Assembly (NCBI GenBank): GCA_902785575.1 | Contig: CACZZF010000013.1 | Location: 52,867 to 116,866, forward strand | Length of the DNA stretch: 64,000 nucleotides | Direction of reading: 5' to 3' | Source of the DNA: an uncultured Bacteroidia bacterium | GTDB taxonomy: Bacteria > Bacteroidota > Bacteroidia > Bacteroidales > UBA932 | In this document: positions 35,057 to 43,716 of the stretch, one piece after another | How positions within the stretch are numbered: position 1 is the stretch's first letter | How the letters are laid out: every line of letters starts with the position of its first letter | Translations under genes and position numbers: made by a program | Notes under the pieces: model-generated | The model's database searches: none | Told to the model about the DNA's origin: nothing | The model's input: only the letters and a program-made list of their open reading frames with translations

Positions 35057-38000
35057 ATGAGTGTCATTAGATCCGCAGTGAGCAAGCCGGTCACGACAGC
35101 CTTGGTTTTCCTGGCTTTCGCGATATTCGGAATCTATTCACTGACAAAGACATCAGTTGCTCTTTTCCCCGATTTCGACGCCAATGTCGTATTGGTGATG
35201 TCGTCATATCCGGGAGCTAGCGCCTCTGATGTTGAGAATAACTTGACCAAGCTTTTGGAGAACACGCTCAACAGTGTGGCGAACCTTAAGAACCTGACCT
35301 CCCGCTCCCGTGAGAATGTCGCGATCGTGATGCTGGAGTTCAAATATGGAACGGATATAGATGAGGCGAGTAATGACATCAGGGACAAGCTGGACCTGAT
35401 CAACTCGGCCCTGCCAGACGGGGCCTCCGTGCCTGTTCTGTTCAAGTTCGGTATGGACGATATGCCTGTCTTGATTCTCTCCGCCACCGCTGATAAGAGC
35501 ATGGCTGGTCTCGACAGGATTCTGGACGATAGGGTGGTCACTCCTTTGGGACGTGTCACGGGAGTTGGAACTGTCTCTGTCGCGGGAGCTCCCGCCAGGG
35601 AGATCCATGTTTATTGCGACCCTAACAAGCTTGCCGCTTACGGCTTGAGTGTCGCTGGAATATCCCAGATTATCGCCGCTGAGAACCGTAATGTCCCTTC
35701 AGGCTCAATCGATATCGGTTCAGAGTCATTCTCCCTGAGGGTTGAAAAGGAATTCAAGGATCCTTCGGAACTCCTTGATGTCGTGGTCAGTTACCGTGGC
35801 GGCCAGGTGGTATACCTGAAAGATGTCGCAAGGGTTGAGGACGGGCTGGAGGAGAAATCGCAAGAATCCTATACCAATGGAAACCGGTCGGCTATGATCG
35901 CCATCCAGAAGCAGTCTGGCGCGAACACGGTCAATGTCGTGAACGCGGCGAAGCAGAGAATAGCCGAGATCGCTCCGACTCTTCCTTCCGATATCAAGAT
36001 CACCGAGGTGGTGGACAACTCCTCAGAGATTCTGAACACGATCAACTCCCTTAAGGAGACCATAATCATAACCCTTCTCGTGGTCATGCTTGTGGTGTTC
36101 GTTTTCTTGGGAAGATGGAGGGCGACATTCATCATCGTCCTGTCGATTCCTATCGCGTTGCTGGGCTCCCTGGTGTACCTTTTCGCTACCGGGAACACAT
36201 TGAATATCATTTCAATGTCAGCACTCTCCATCGCGATCGGTATGGTTGTGGACGACGCTATTGTGGTTTTGGAGAACATATCCACTCACCTGGAAAGAGG
36301 AGAGAAACCCAAAGAGGCCGCTGTCCACGCCACCTCCGAGGTCGGCATCTCGGTTATAGCGTCCACTTTGACTATGCTCTGCGTCTTCCTTCCTTTGACC
36401 ATGGTCTCCGGAATGGCTGGAATAATGTTCAAACAGTTGGGTTGGATTGTTTCGATCATCATGATCATCTCCACCACCGCCGCTTTGACCCTTGTCCCGA
36501 TGCTTTGCTCAAGGATGCTGAAAGCTGGCCCCAAGACCGGAAAACTCCATAGGGCTATTTTTGATCCCATCGAGAAGGGTCTTGACGGCCTTTCCGCTTG
36601 GTATTCCAGAATCATAGCTTGGGCTGTCACTCACAGGAAGACCGTGATCTTCGGTGCCTTGGCAATCTTTGTCGGTGTGCTCGCTCTTCTGGCTCCCGGC
36701 CTCAAGACGGAGTTTTTCCCCACGATGGATGGAGGACGCCTTTCTGTCTCGATCGAGCTGCCTGTTGGAACCGAGCAGAGTGTCACAGGGGCTTTCGCCA
36801 GGCAAATATGCGATCGCCTGGAGGAGGAAATTCCTGAGATTCAGGTTCTTCAGTACCGTTATGGACAGGCCAGCTCCGACAATGTGATCGGAAGCATGCA
36901 GAACAACGGCTCTCATGTTATCTCGATGAATGTGAATATCGGATCCATGGAAGACCGCAAGCGCTCGTCTTCCGAGATCGCCGATATTATCCGTAAGGAT
37001 CTCCGAGAGTATCCGGAGGTGAAGAAATCCACCGTCACTGAAGGTATGGGAGGAGTCGGTGGAGCCGCCTCTCTCCGTCTTGAGATATATGGTTACGACT
37101 TCGACGAGACCGACCGGATCGCCAAAGAGGCCCAGGCGAAAATGCTCGCTGATCCCGCCTTCACCCAGGTGATCTTGAGCCGTGATGATTATACTCCTGA
37201 GTACCAGGTCGATTTCGATAGGGAGAAACTAGCCCTGAACGGTCTTAACTCCACAACCGCCGCCGCGGCTTTCAGCGCCGCGATGAGCGGTTCGGTGAAT
37301 TCATTCTACCGCGAGGACGGAGACGAGTACAACATCCGTGTCATCTATGACAAACGCTTCCGCACAAGTGTGGAGGATATTGAGAACATATTGATTTACA
37401 CTCCTTTGGGTGGTGCCGTCAGGATCAAGGATCTGGGCACTGTCGTGGAGTCGAAGGTACCTCCGACAATCGAGAGGAAGAACCGTGAGAGATATATTTC
37501 AGTGACCGGAATCGTCACTCGGGGATATGCCCTTAGCGACGGAGTCGCCGTCACTAACCGGGTGCTCTCCGAGATTGACATCCCTAACAACATATCTACC
37601 GAGATCACTGGAGACTTCGAGGACCAGCAGAGCATGTTCAAGGACCTCATTGTCCTTATGATCTTGATTATAATCCTGGTCTACATGGTCATGGCCTCCC
37701 AGTTCGAGTCGTTCATGAGCCCGCTTGTGATCATGTTCTCGGTGCCGTTCGCCTTTATCGGTGTGATTTTGGGACTTAGACTCACCGGAACAGCGCTAGG
37801 GGTGATGGCGATGATAGGTGTCATCATCCTGTTGGGTATTGTCGTGAAGAATGGTATCGTGCTGATAGACTACACCATACTCATGCGGGAGAGGGGAATG
37901 AACGTCATTAACGCTTCCGTGACCGCCGCCAGGAGCCGATTGAGGCCTATCCTCATGACCACACTCACCACAGTTCTTGGTATGTTGCCCATGGCTTTGG

Positions 38001-38170
38001 GTAGAGGAGAGGGTTCCGAGATGTGGCGCTCCTTGGGTATGACAGTTTGCTGGGGCCTTTCATTCTCGACATTGATCACTCTCGTGCTTATTCCTGCCGT
38101 GTACTGCGTGTTCGCCACGCGCCAAGAGAAAAGAAAGGCTAAAAAATTCACCGCTGGAGCTAAAGTTTGA
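35057..38170 (+). CDS. Efflux RND transporter permease (AcrB/HAE family)
   Basis: 1037 aa with the 12-TM AcrB architecture. Motifs AIGMVVDDAIVVLENI and GIVVKNGIVLIDY. Confidence 0.95.
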   Translation: MSVIRSAVSKPVTTALVFLAFAIFGIYSLTKTSVALFPDFDANVVLVMSSYPGASASDVENNLTKLLENTLNSVANLKNLTSRSRENVAIVMLEFKYGTDIDEASNDIRDKLDLINSALPDGASVPVLFKFGMDDMPVLILSATADKSMAGLDRILDDRVVTPLGRVTGVGTVSVAGAPAREIHVYCDPNKLAAYGLSVAGISQIIAAENRNVPSGSIDIGSESFSLRVEKEFKDPSELLDVVVSYRGGQVVYLKDVARVEDGLEEKSQESYTNGNRSAMIAIQKQSGANTVNVVNAAKQRIAEIAPTLPSDIKITEVVDNSSEILNTINSLKETIIITLLVVMLVVFVFLGRWRATFIIVLSIPIALLGSLVYLFATGNTLNIISMSALSIAIGMVVDDAIVVLENISTHLERGEKPKEAAVHATSEVGISVIASTLTMLCVFLPLTMVSGMAGIMFKQLGWIVSIIMIISTTAALTLVPMLCSRMLKAGPKTGKLHRAIFDPIEKGLDGLSAWYSRIIAWAVTHRKTVIFGALAIFVGVLALLAPGLKTEFFPTMDGGRLSVSIELPVGTEQSVTGAFARQICDRLEEEIPEIQVLQYRYGQASSDNVIGSMQNNGSHVISMNVNIGSMEDRKRSSSEIADIIRKDLREYPEVKKSTVTEGMGGVGGAASLRLEIYGYDFDETDRIAKEAQAKMLADPAFTQVILSRDDYTPEYQVDFDREKLALNGLNSTTAAAAFSAAMSGSVNSFYREDGDEYNIRVIYDKRFRTSVEDIENILIYTPLGGAVRIKDLGTVVESKVPPTIERKNRERYISVTGIVTRGYALSDGVAVTNRVLSEIDIPNNISTEITGDFEDQQSMFKDLIVLMILIIILVYMVMASQFESFMSPLVIMFSVPFAFIGVILGLRLTGTALGVMAMIGVIILLGIVVKNGIVLIDYTILMRERGMNVINASVTAARSRLRPILMTTLTTVLGMLPMALGRGEGSEMWRSLGMTVCWGLSFSTLITLVLIPAVYCVFATRQEKRKAKKFTAGAKV

Positions 38171-38190
38171 CGGATAAAACAGACAAAGAG

Positions 38191-38487
38191 ATGAAAGCGA
38201 TATTCATAGCATATAACCAGGCGTATGGAGAGGAGATTGTCGAGCTCCTCGATGAGAAAGGCCAGAGAGGATTCACCCAGTGGGTGGACATCCAAGGCAG
38301 GGGAGGAGAGGAAGGAGAGCCTCATTATGGCAATCATGCCTGGCCAACCCAGAATTACGCCATCCTGACCATAGTCAAGGATGACGCCAAGGCTTCGGAA
38401 CTGCTCGACGCGTTGAAGGAAAAGGATGAGATGTATCCTGATTTAGGTCTGAGGGCCTTCTGCTGGACTGTCGACAAGATGGTTTAG
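38191..38487 (+). CDS. PG0541-family small transporter-associated protein (P-II-like fold suspected)
   Basis: MKAIFIAYNQAYGEEIVELLD...GEPHYGNHAWPTQNYAILTIV. Immediately follows and overlaps the RND stop. The ORF-track start at 38167 is TTG; the first ATG is at 38191. Confidence 0.6.
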   Translation: MKAIFIAYNQAYGEEIVELLDEKGQRGFTQWVDIQGRGGEEGEPHYGNHAWPTQNYAILTIVKDDAKASELLDALKEKDEMYPDLGLRAFCWTVDKMV

Positions 38488-38491
38488 GGAT

Positions 38492-38522
38492 TTTGATTGA
38501 AACAATGATTTTTATAAATTTG
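38492..38522 (+). promoter_or_regulatory. Candidate Bacteroidetes promoter for trxA (-33 TTTG and -7 TAnnTTTG)
   Basis: TTTG at 38492-38495, a 19-nt spacer, then TAAATTTG at 38515-38522, ending 27 nt upstream of the ATG. Confidence 0.45.
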
Positions 38523-38548
38523 TATTCTGAACTTTAATCGAGAATAAA

Positions 38549-38863
38549 ATGGAAATAACTGCCACTAATGAGAATTTCGCGGGAATCATTTCCGCCAATA
38601 GCGTTGTCTTGGTCGACTTCTGGGCCACTTGGTGCGGTCCTTGCCGTATGCTCGGTCCCACTGTTGAGACTGTCGCCGGAGAATATGACGGGAAGGTCGC
38701 CGTCGTGAAGTGCAATGTCGACGATTGCGAGGATATCGCCGTCCAGTATGGTATCAGGAATATCCCCACGCTCATCTTCTTCAAGGATGGGCAGGCTGTC
38801 GACAAACTCGTTGGTAATGTGCCCAAGGCTGAGATTACCTCAAAGCTTGACGCTCTCCTTTAG
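38549..38863 (+). CDS. trxA: Thioredoxin
   Basis: 104 aa with the WATWCGPC active site. Confidence 0.92.
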   Translation: MEITATNENFAGIISANSVVLVDFWATWCGPCRMLGPTVETVAGEYDGKVAVVKCNVDDCEDIAVQYGIRNIPTLIFFKDGQAVDKLVGNVPKAEITSKLDALL

Positions 38864-38892
38864 TATTTGATAATCAATTTATTCCAACAGAT

Positions 38893-39450
38893 ATGAAGAG
38901 AATGTTTATCTTGGCTGCCATTGCCACCCCTTCTTCTTCCAGCAAGGTGAAGAATGTGGACTCAAAGTCCATCTCCCTATACCACGCCGGTATCGCTTTC
39001 GAGATTCCTCTCGGAGCCGGTTTCGCCATTCAGCCTGAGGTTCTTTATCAGGTCAAGGGAATGTCTCTCAACAATTGGGGAGATTCCACCACCGGAGAGA
39101 TCGGCAAGTCTTTCGAGACCAAGGTCGGTTTTGTTGAAGTTCCTGTGCAGATCCAGTGGGGACCTGATCTTGTGGCTTTCCGCCCCTACGGTTTCGTAGA
39201 GCCTTTCGCCGGCTACCAGATCTCATCTGGAGGTGACCAGACTTTGAAATCTGAGCTTCAGAAAATTGAATACGGAATGAGCCTCGGTGCCGGTATCGAT
39301 ATCTGGCATCTCCAGGTCGCCGCCAAGTATTTCTGGAACTTCGGCAGTGTTTACAAGAGCGATATGAAAGAGACTGGAAACACTATCGCCGGACTCAAGG
39401 ATGGCAACACCTTCAATGGCTTTGCCGTTTCCGTCGCCATTTTCTTCTAA
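38893..39450 (+). CDS. Outer-membrane beta-barrel (OMP_b-brl_2/porin family) protein, N-terminus atypical
   Basis: Alternating-hydrophobic beta strands (FAIQPEVLYQVKG, VGFVEVPVQIQWG, YGMSLGAGIDIW) and a terminal aromatic residue (AVSVAIFF). Confidence 0.55.
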   Translation: MKRMFILAAIATPSSSSKVKNVDSKSISLYHAGIAFEIPLGAGFAIQPEVLYQVKGMSLNNWGDSTTGEIGKSFETKVGFVEVPVQIQWGPDLVAFRPYGFVEPFAGYQISSGGDQTLKSELQKIEYGMSLGAGIDIWHLQVAAKYFWNFGSVYKSDMKETGNTIAGLKDGNTFNGFAVSVAIFF

Positions 39451-39998
39451 TGGGAAGTGAGAAGGCTCAGGAGCGGAAGATAGTATTCTTCTGCTCAGCC
39501 AGTTTTGATATAGACGATAAATACAACCAAGCTGCGCGGGAAGCTACCCGCGCGGCTTGTTCGCTTGGATATACCGTGGTTTCCGGCGGTACTGTCAAAG
39601 GTACTATGGGAGTTGTCGCGGATGAGGTCGTGAGGTGTGGCGGGCGCCATGTGGGAATCATTCCCCGGTTTATGGAAGATGTTGTGTATCCGTCACTTGA
39701 CGAGACTGTCTGGACTGACACCATGGCTGAGCGGAAGGAGTTGATGAGGGAGGGAACCTGTGTCGCTGTGGCTTTGCCAGGCGGAATAGGCACTCTTGAT
39801 GAGCTGATAGAGACCTTGACTCTCGCGAAACTCGACCTTTACAAAGGCAAGGTTATCGCTCTGGATTTCGACGGTTTCTACGAGCCTTTGAAAGCCCTTC
39901 TCGACCATTATGTCACGACCGGGATGCTGGACAGCCGTTCAAGGCGGCTTATAGCTTTCCCGAAGACGATCGAAGAGTTCACCGGACTTCTCAGATAA
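39450..39998 (+). CDS. LOG family (TIGR00730) Rossmann-fold nucleotide phosphoribohydrolase
   Basis: VVSGGTVKGTMG and PGGIGTLDEL motifs. Confidence 0.85.
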   Translation: MGSEKAQERKIVFFCSASFDIDDKYNQAAREATRAACSLGYTVVSGGTVKGTMGVVADEVVRCGGRHVGIIPRFMEDVVYPSLDETVWTDTMAERKELMREGTCVAVALPGGIGTLDELIETLTLAKLDLYKGKVIALDFDGFYEPLKALLDHYVTTGMLDSRSRRLIAFPKTIEEFTGLLR

Positions 39999-40001
39999 AT
40001 C

Positions 40002-40982
40002 ATGCTTGACCGGATAAAGACACTTCTCGGACAGGACTGGATCGCTACCCAGGACATGATTCGTTCGTCACTCAAAAGCGATATAGAGCTTTTGGACGCG
40101 ACCAATTCGGCTATTCTCTCCACCGGAGGAAAGCAGTTGAGGCCAATCTTGTCCTTGCTTGTAGCTCGTGCCTGTTCCGGCGGTCACGCGTCTGAGGATA
40201 GCATCCGTTTCGCCTCCGCATCCGAGCTCCTTCACAACGCCACCCTCCTCCATGATGATGTGGCGGACAACAGCGCGGAGCGCAGAGGCGTGCCGACTGT
40301 CATGTCTCTGCTTGGAGGACCGGCGTCTGTGCTTATCGGGGATTTCTGGCTTGTGCGGGCTATGGATAATATTCTCGCTTCTGTCACCCGTGGGACAAGG
40401 GCGATCCGTATCTTCGCCAAGACTCTCAGCGATCTGGCGGAAGGGGAGATGCTCCAGCTCCAGAAGGCGGAGAGTTGCGACACCACCGAGGACGACTATT
40501 TCCGGATAATCTACAACAAGACAGCCTCCCTTTTCGAGGCTGCGGGAGTGACCGCGGCTCTATCTGTGGATGCTCCTGATGAGTTGGTGGAGGCGGTGAG
40601 GGAATACTGCGTCTGCCTTGGGATAGCGTTCCAGATCAGGGACGACATGCTGGATTACTCTGACGGGGACGGGCTCGGGAAGCCAGTCGGCGCTGATCTC
40701 GACGAGCGGAAGATCACCCTTCCGCTTCTCGGAGCCTTGCGTTCACTAGACGAAAATGAGGAGTCCAGATTCCGTTCCATGGTTAAAGATATTCCGGAAC
40801 ATCCTGAATATAAGCCCGAAATCCGTGGCTTGGTATTCGAAAAAGGAGGAAATGAATATGCCACATCCCGCCTTGTCGAATACACTGGGAAGGCCATCAA
40901 AGCCATTGGAATTCTTCCGGATTCTGAAGAAAAAGAGTATCTTGCGCAAATAGCTCGCTTCACCGCGGACAGGAACAAATGA
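40002..40982 (+). CDS. Polyprenyl diphosphate synthase (trans-IPPS, octaprenyl/IspB-like)
   Basis: First DDxxD motif (LLHDDVADNSAERRG) and second (FQIRDDMLDY). Confidence 0.85.
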   Translation: MLDRIKTLLGQDWIATQDMIRSSLKSDIELLDATNSAILSTGGKQLRPILSLLVARACSGGHASEDSIRFASASELLHNATLLHDDVADNSAERRGVPTVMSLLGGPASVLIGDFWLVRAMDNILASVTRGTRAIRIFAKTLSDLAEGEMLQLQKAESCDTTEDDYFRIIYNKTASLFEAAGVTAALSVDAPDELVEAVREYCVCLGIAFQIRDDMLDYSDGDGLGKPVGADLDERKITLPLLGALRSLDENEESRFRSMVKDIPEHPEYKPEIRGLVFEKGGNEYATSRLVEYTGKAIKAIGILPDSEEKEYLAQIARFTADRNK

Positions 40983-42073
40983 CACTGGAAAACATCATAG
41001 GCAACCATGACGCCGTCAAGGCTTTGGGAGGGATGATCCGCGAGGGTCGTGTCCCACATGCCATGATGCTTTATGAGAATGACGGGTGTGGCGCGATGGC
41101 GATCGCCCTTGCTTTTTTGAGCGAGTTGTTCTCCAGCGAGCATAAAGTTTCCGGCCTGATTCATCCGGATGTGCATTATGTCTATCCAGTAGCCACCGGA
41201 TCCAAGGTGTCCGAGAAAGTCGACAAACTCCGGGCTGATTTGTTCCTGAGCTATTGGAGAGACTTGATGAAGGCCAACCCTTATGCTCTTGAGACTGAGA
41301 TAAATGACGCTTTCGGGATTGAGGGGAAGCAGACTGTGATCAACAACGCTGAGGCCAAGGAGGTTTTGGAGACTATTTACCTGACCCCTGTTGAGGGTGG
41401 CTGGAAGGCGGTGGTCGTGTATCTTCCCGAGAAAATGAACGCCACGGCGGCCAACCGTCTGCTGAAGGCGGTTGAGGAACCTCCTGAGAAAACTGTTTTC
41501 CTCATGATAACCCATTCTCCCGAAAAGGTTTTGCAGACCATCTCCTCGAGATGCCAGGCGTTGAGGATTCTTCCGGAGACTAAGGATGAGATTGTGGAGA
41601 TACTTGTCTCCCGGTTCGGGAAGGATCCGGATGAGGCGGTGTCCGCTGCCCAGATCGCTGGCGGGAGCGTGGGTGAGGCGCTGCGTTACCTTTCCGGTAA
41701 AGAGGACTTCGAAGGCCAGATGGAGATCTTTTCCGGGCTAATGGAAGCTATTGATTCAAAGGATCTTATTGCTGCGCTTTCGTATGGCGACGCCTTGGCT
41801 GGGCTGGGGTCGCGGGAAAAACAGAAAGCTTTTTGTAAATTCGCGTCGGAGAACCTCCGCAAGATATTCCTGATACAGCAGAAACTGACTGGTATCGCTG
41901 GTTTGGCCACTGATGAGGAAGAATCCCTCACGAGGATTGCCTCAAAGTGCAAAAAGAGTTTTCCCAGACAGGCGCTTTCCTGCCTTGACCGGGCTAAACT
42001 GCTGATAGACAGGAATGTGTCGCAGAAGATACTGTTCTGCGAGCTTGTCGGGAGGCTGTATTCATTATATTGA
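40979..42073 (+). CDS. holB: DNA polymerase III delta' subunit-like AAA+ clamp-loader protein
   Basis: GRVPHAMMLYENDGCG, ANRLLKAVEEPP and ISSRCQ sensor motifs. The Walker A looks degenerate, as is usual for delta'. Confidence 0.75.
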   Translation: MTLENIIGNHDAVKALGGMIREGRVPHAMMLYENDGCGAMAIALAFLSELFSSEHKVSGLIHPDVHYVYPVATGSKVSEKVDKLRADLFLSYWRDLMKANPYALETEINDAFGIEGKQTVINNAEAKEVLETIYLTPVEGGWKAVVVYLPEKMNATAANRLLKAVEEPPEKTVFLMITHSPEKVLQTISSRCQALRILPETKDEIVEILVSRFGKDPDEAVSAAQIAGGSVGEALRYLSGKEDFEGQMEIFSGLMEAIDSKDLIAALSYGDALAGLGSREKQKAFCKFASENLRKIFLIQQKLTGIAGLATDEEESLTRIASKCKKSFPRQALSCLDRAKLLIDRNVSQKILFCELVGRLYSLY

Positions 42074-43266
42074 CGACCACGATGGATAATATAGATAACG
42101 AGGCCATAAAATTCGACTGCAGCCGGGGATGCACTGTCACACGTGACAGCGAGTCCGGGGAGTACGATTGCAACTACCGTCAAGGATGTTGCAAACTCGG
42201 GGCTTACAACTGGCTCAAGGGTGTGAACCAGGAACAGTACAAAGATTTATTCGAGGTCCGTTTCAAGAACACCCGTAAAGGAATATATATCAACGCCTCA
42301 GGTCAGGGTATCAAAACCGGGGACTTGGTGGTTGTCGAGGCCGCTAACGGTCATGATCTCGGAATTGTGACTCTTGAGGGGCCTATTGTCGGCCGCCAGA
42401 TGAAGTGCAAGGGTGTCGACATGGAGACCACGGTCTTGAGAAAGATATACCGTAGGGCAAAACCTTTTGATATTACCAAGTGGCAAGAGGCTATCGCCCG
42501 GGAGCAAGATACAATGATCCAGGCCCGCCGTATCGCCGCGGAGCTTGGCCTGGATATGAAGATCGGAGATGTTGAGTTCCAGGGCGATGGGACGAAAGCG
42601 ATATTTTATTACATCGCTGACGGTCGTGTCGATTTCCGCCAGCTGATCAAGGTCTATGCGGAGGAATTCCGTATCAGGATTGAGATGAAGCAGATCGGAG
42701 CCCGTCAGGAAGCCGGGCTCATTGGAGGGCTTGGAGTCTGCGGTAGAGAGCTTTGCTGCGCCAACTATATCACTAATTTCCAGTCGATTTCGACATCGGC
42801 CGCCAGGGTTCAGGACCTGTCGCTGAATCCGCAGAAACTTGCCGGGCAATGTGGCAAGCTCAAGTGCTGCCTCAATTACGAGGTCTCCAATTACATGGAT
42901 GCCCAGACTAGGATTCCCAAAGTCACTGAACCGCTTGAGTTCGAGGACGGATTGGTATATCTGGTCAAGACTGACATCCTCCAAGAGATGATGTATTTCT
43001 CCTATGAGAAGGGTTCGCTCACCAATGTCTATCCGCTCACCGCGAGCGAGGTTCGTGAGATTATCATGATGAACCGGAACGGGGAACGTCCGGATTCCCT
43101 CAAGAGTGATCCGGAACCTCTTGGCCCTCAGTTCATTTCCGCTGTCGGGGATGATAGCATCACCCGTTTCGACAAACCGAAGAAGCAGAAGAGCAGGAAC
43201 CGTAACAGGAACCGTGACAACCGTGGTGGCGGACGTGGCAAGAATCCCCGGAAGGATCAATCATAA
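42070..43266 (+). CDS. PSP1 domain protein (RicT/YaaT-like) with basic C-terminal tail
   Basis: PSP1 C-terminal block GICGRELCCANYITNFQSISTSAARVQDLSLNPQKLAGQCGKLKCCLNYE. Follows holB, as it does in many bacteria. Confidence 0.8.
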   Translation: MTTTMDNIDNEAIKFDCSRGCTVTRDSESGEYDCNYRQGCCKLGAYNWLKGVNQEQYKDLFEVRFKNTRKGIYINASGQGIKTGDLVVVEAANGHDLGIVTLEGPIVGRQMKCKGVDMETTVLRKIYRRAKPFDITKWQEAIAREQDTMIQARRIAAELGLDMKIGDVEFQGDGTKAIFYYIADGRVDFRQLIKVYAEEFRIRIEMKQIGARQEAGLIGGLGVCGRELCCANYITNFQSISTSAARVQDLSLNPQKLAGQCGKLKCCLNYEVSNYMDAQTRIPKVTEPLEFEDGLVYLVKTDILQEMMYFSYEKGSLTNVYPLTASEVREIIMMNRNGERPDSLKSDPEPLGPQFISAVGDDSITRFDKPKKQKSRNRNRNRDNRGGGRGKNPRKDQS

Positions 43267-43272
43267 GTCGTG

Positions 43273-43716
43273 ATGAAGGGACGTTTGTGGATATTCGTCC
43301 TGGTGGCGGTGGCGCTCGCATGCTGTTCCCGCCCTCCGTCCCGGGAGTTCTTCATTCTCCGGGAGAACGCTGAATATGGCGACACTTATTCTTTTTTCCT
43401 GGATCTGGATGATTCCACCCAGACATATTCTTTGGATTTCTTCACCAGGCTCGAGAGGAATTCATTCAAGGACTTTCCGCCAGAGGATATCATCTTGGAT
43501 CTCAGATGGTTCTCTCCTTCAGACTCTATCTTGACAGACACCGCTTTTGTCAAGATAAATGATCTCGCCGGCTCCGGTTATTACTCCCGGGACTTGATAA
43601 CCCCGTTCAGTGCGGATCTGGATCTCCCGGAGGTTGGAGAGTGGAGGCTCAAGGCCAAGGTTGTCAATGATTCTGAGGAGATCCGCGGATTGGGAATAAT
43701 ACTAAAACACGACTGA
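43273..43716 (+). CDS. gldH: GldH-like lipoprotein
   Basis: Lipobox VALACC, about 147 aa. Position after the holB-PSP1 pair is typical of Bacteroidota gldH. Sequence resemblance was judged from memory only. Confidence 0.5.
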   Translation: MKGRLWIFVLVAVALACCSRPPSREFFILRENAEYGDTYSFFLDLDDSTQTYSLDFFTRLERNSFKDFPPEDIILDLRWFSPSDSILTDTAFVKINDLAGSGYYSRDLITPFSADLDLPEVGEWRLKAKVVNDSEEIRGLGIILKHD

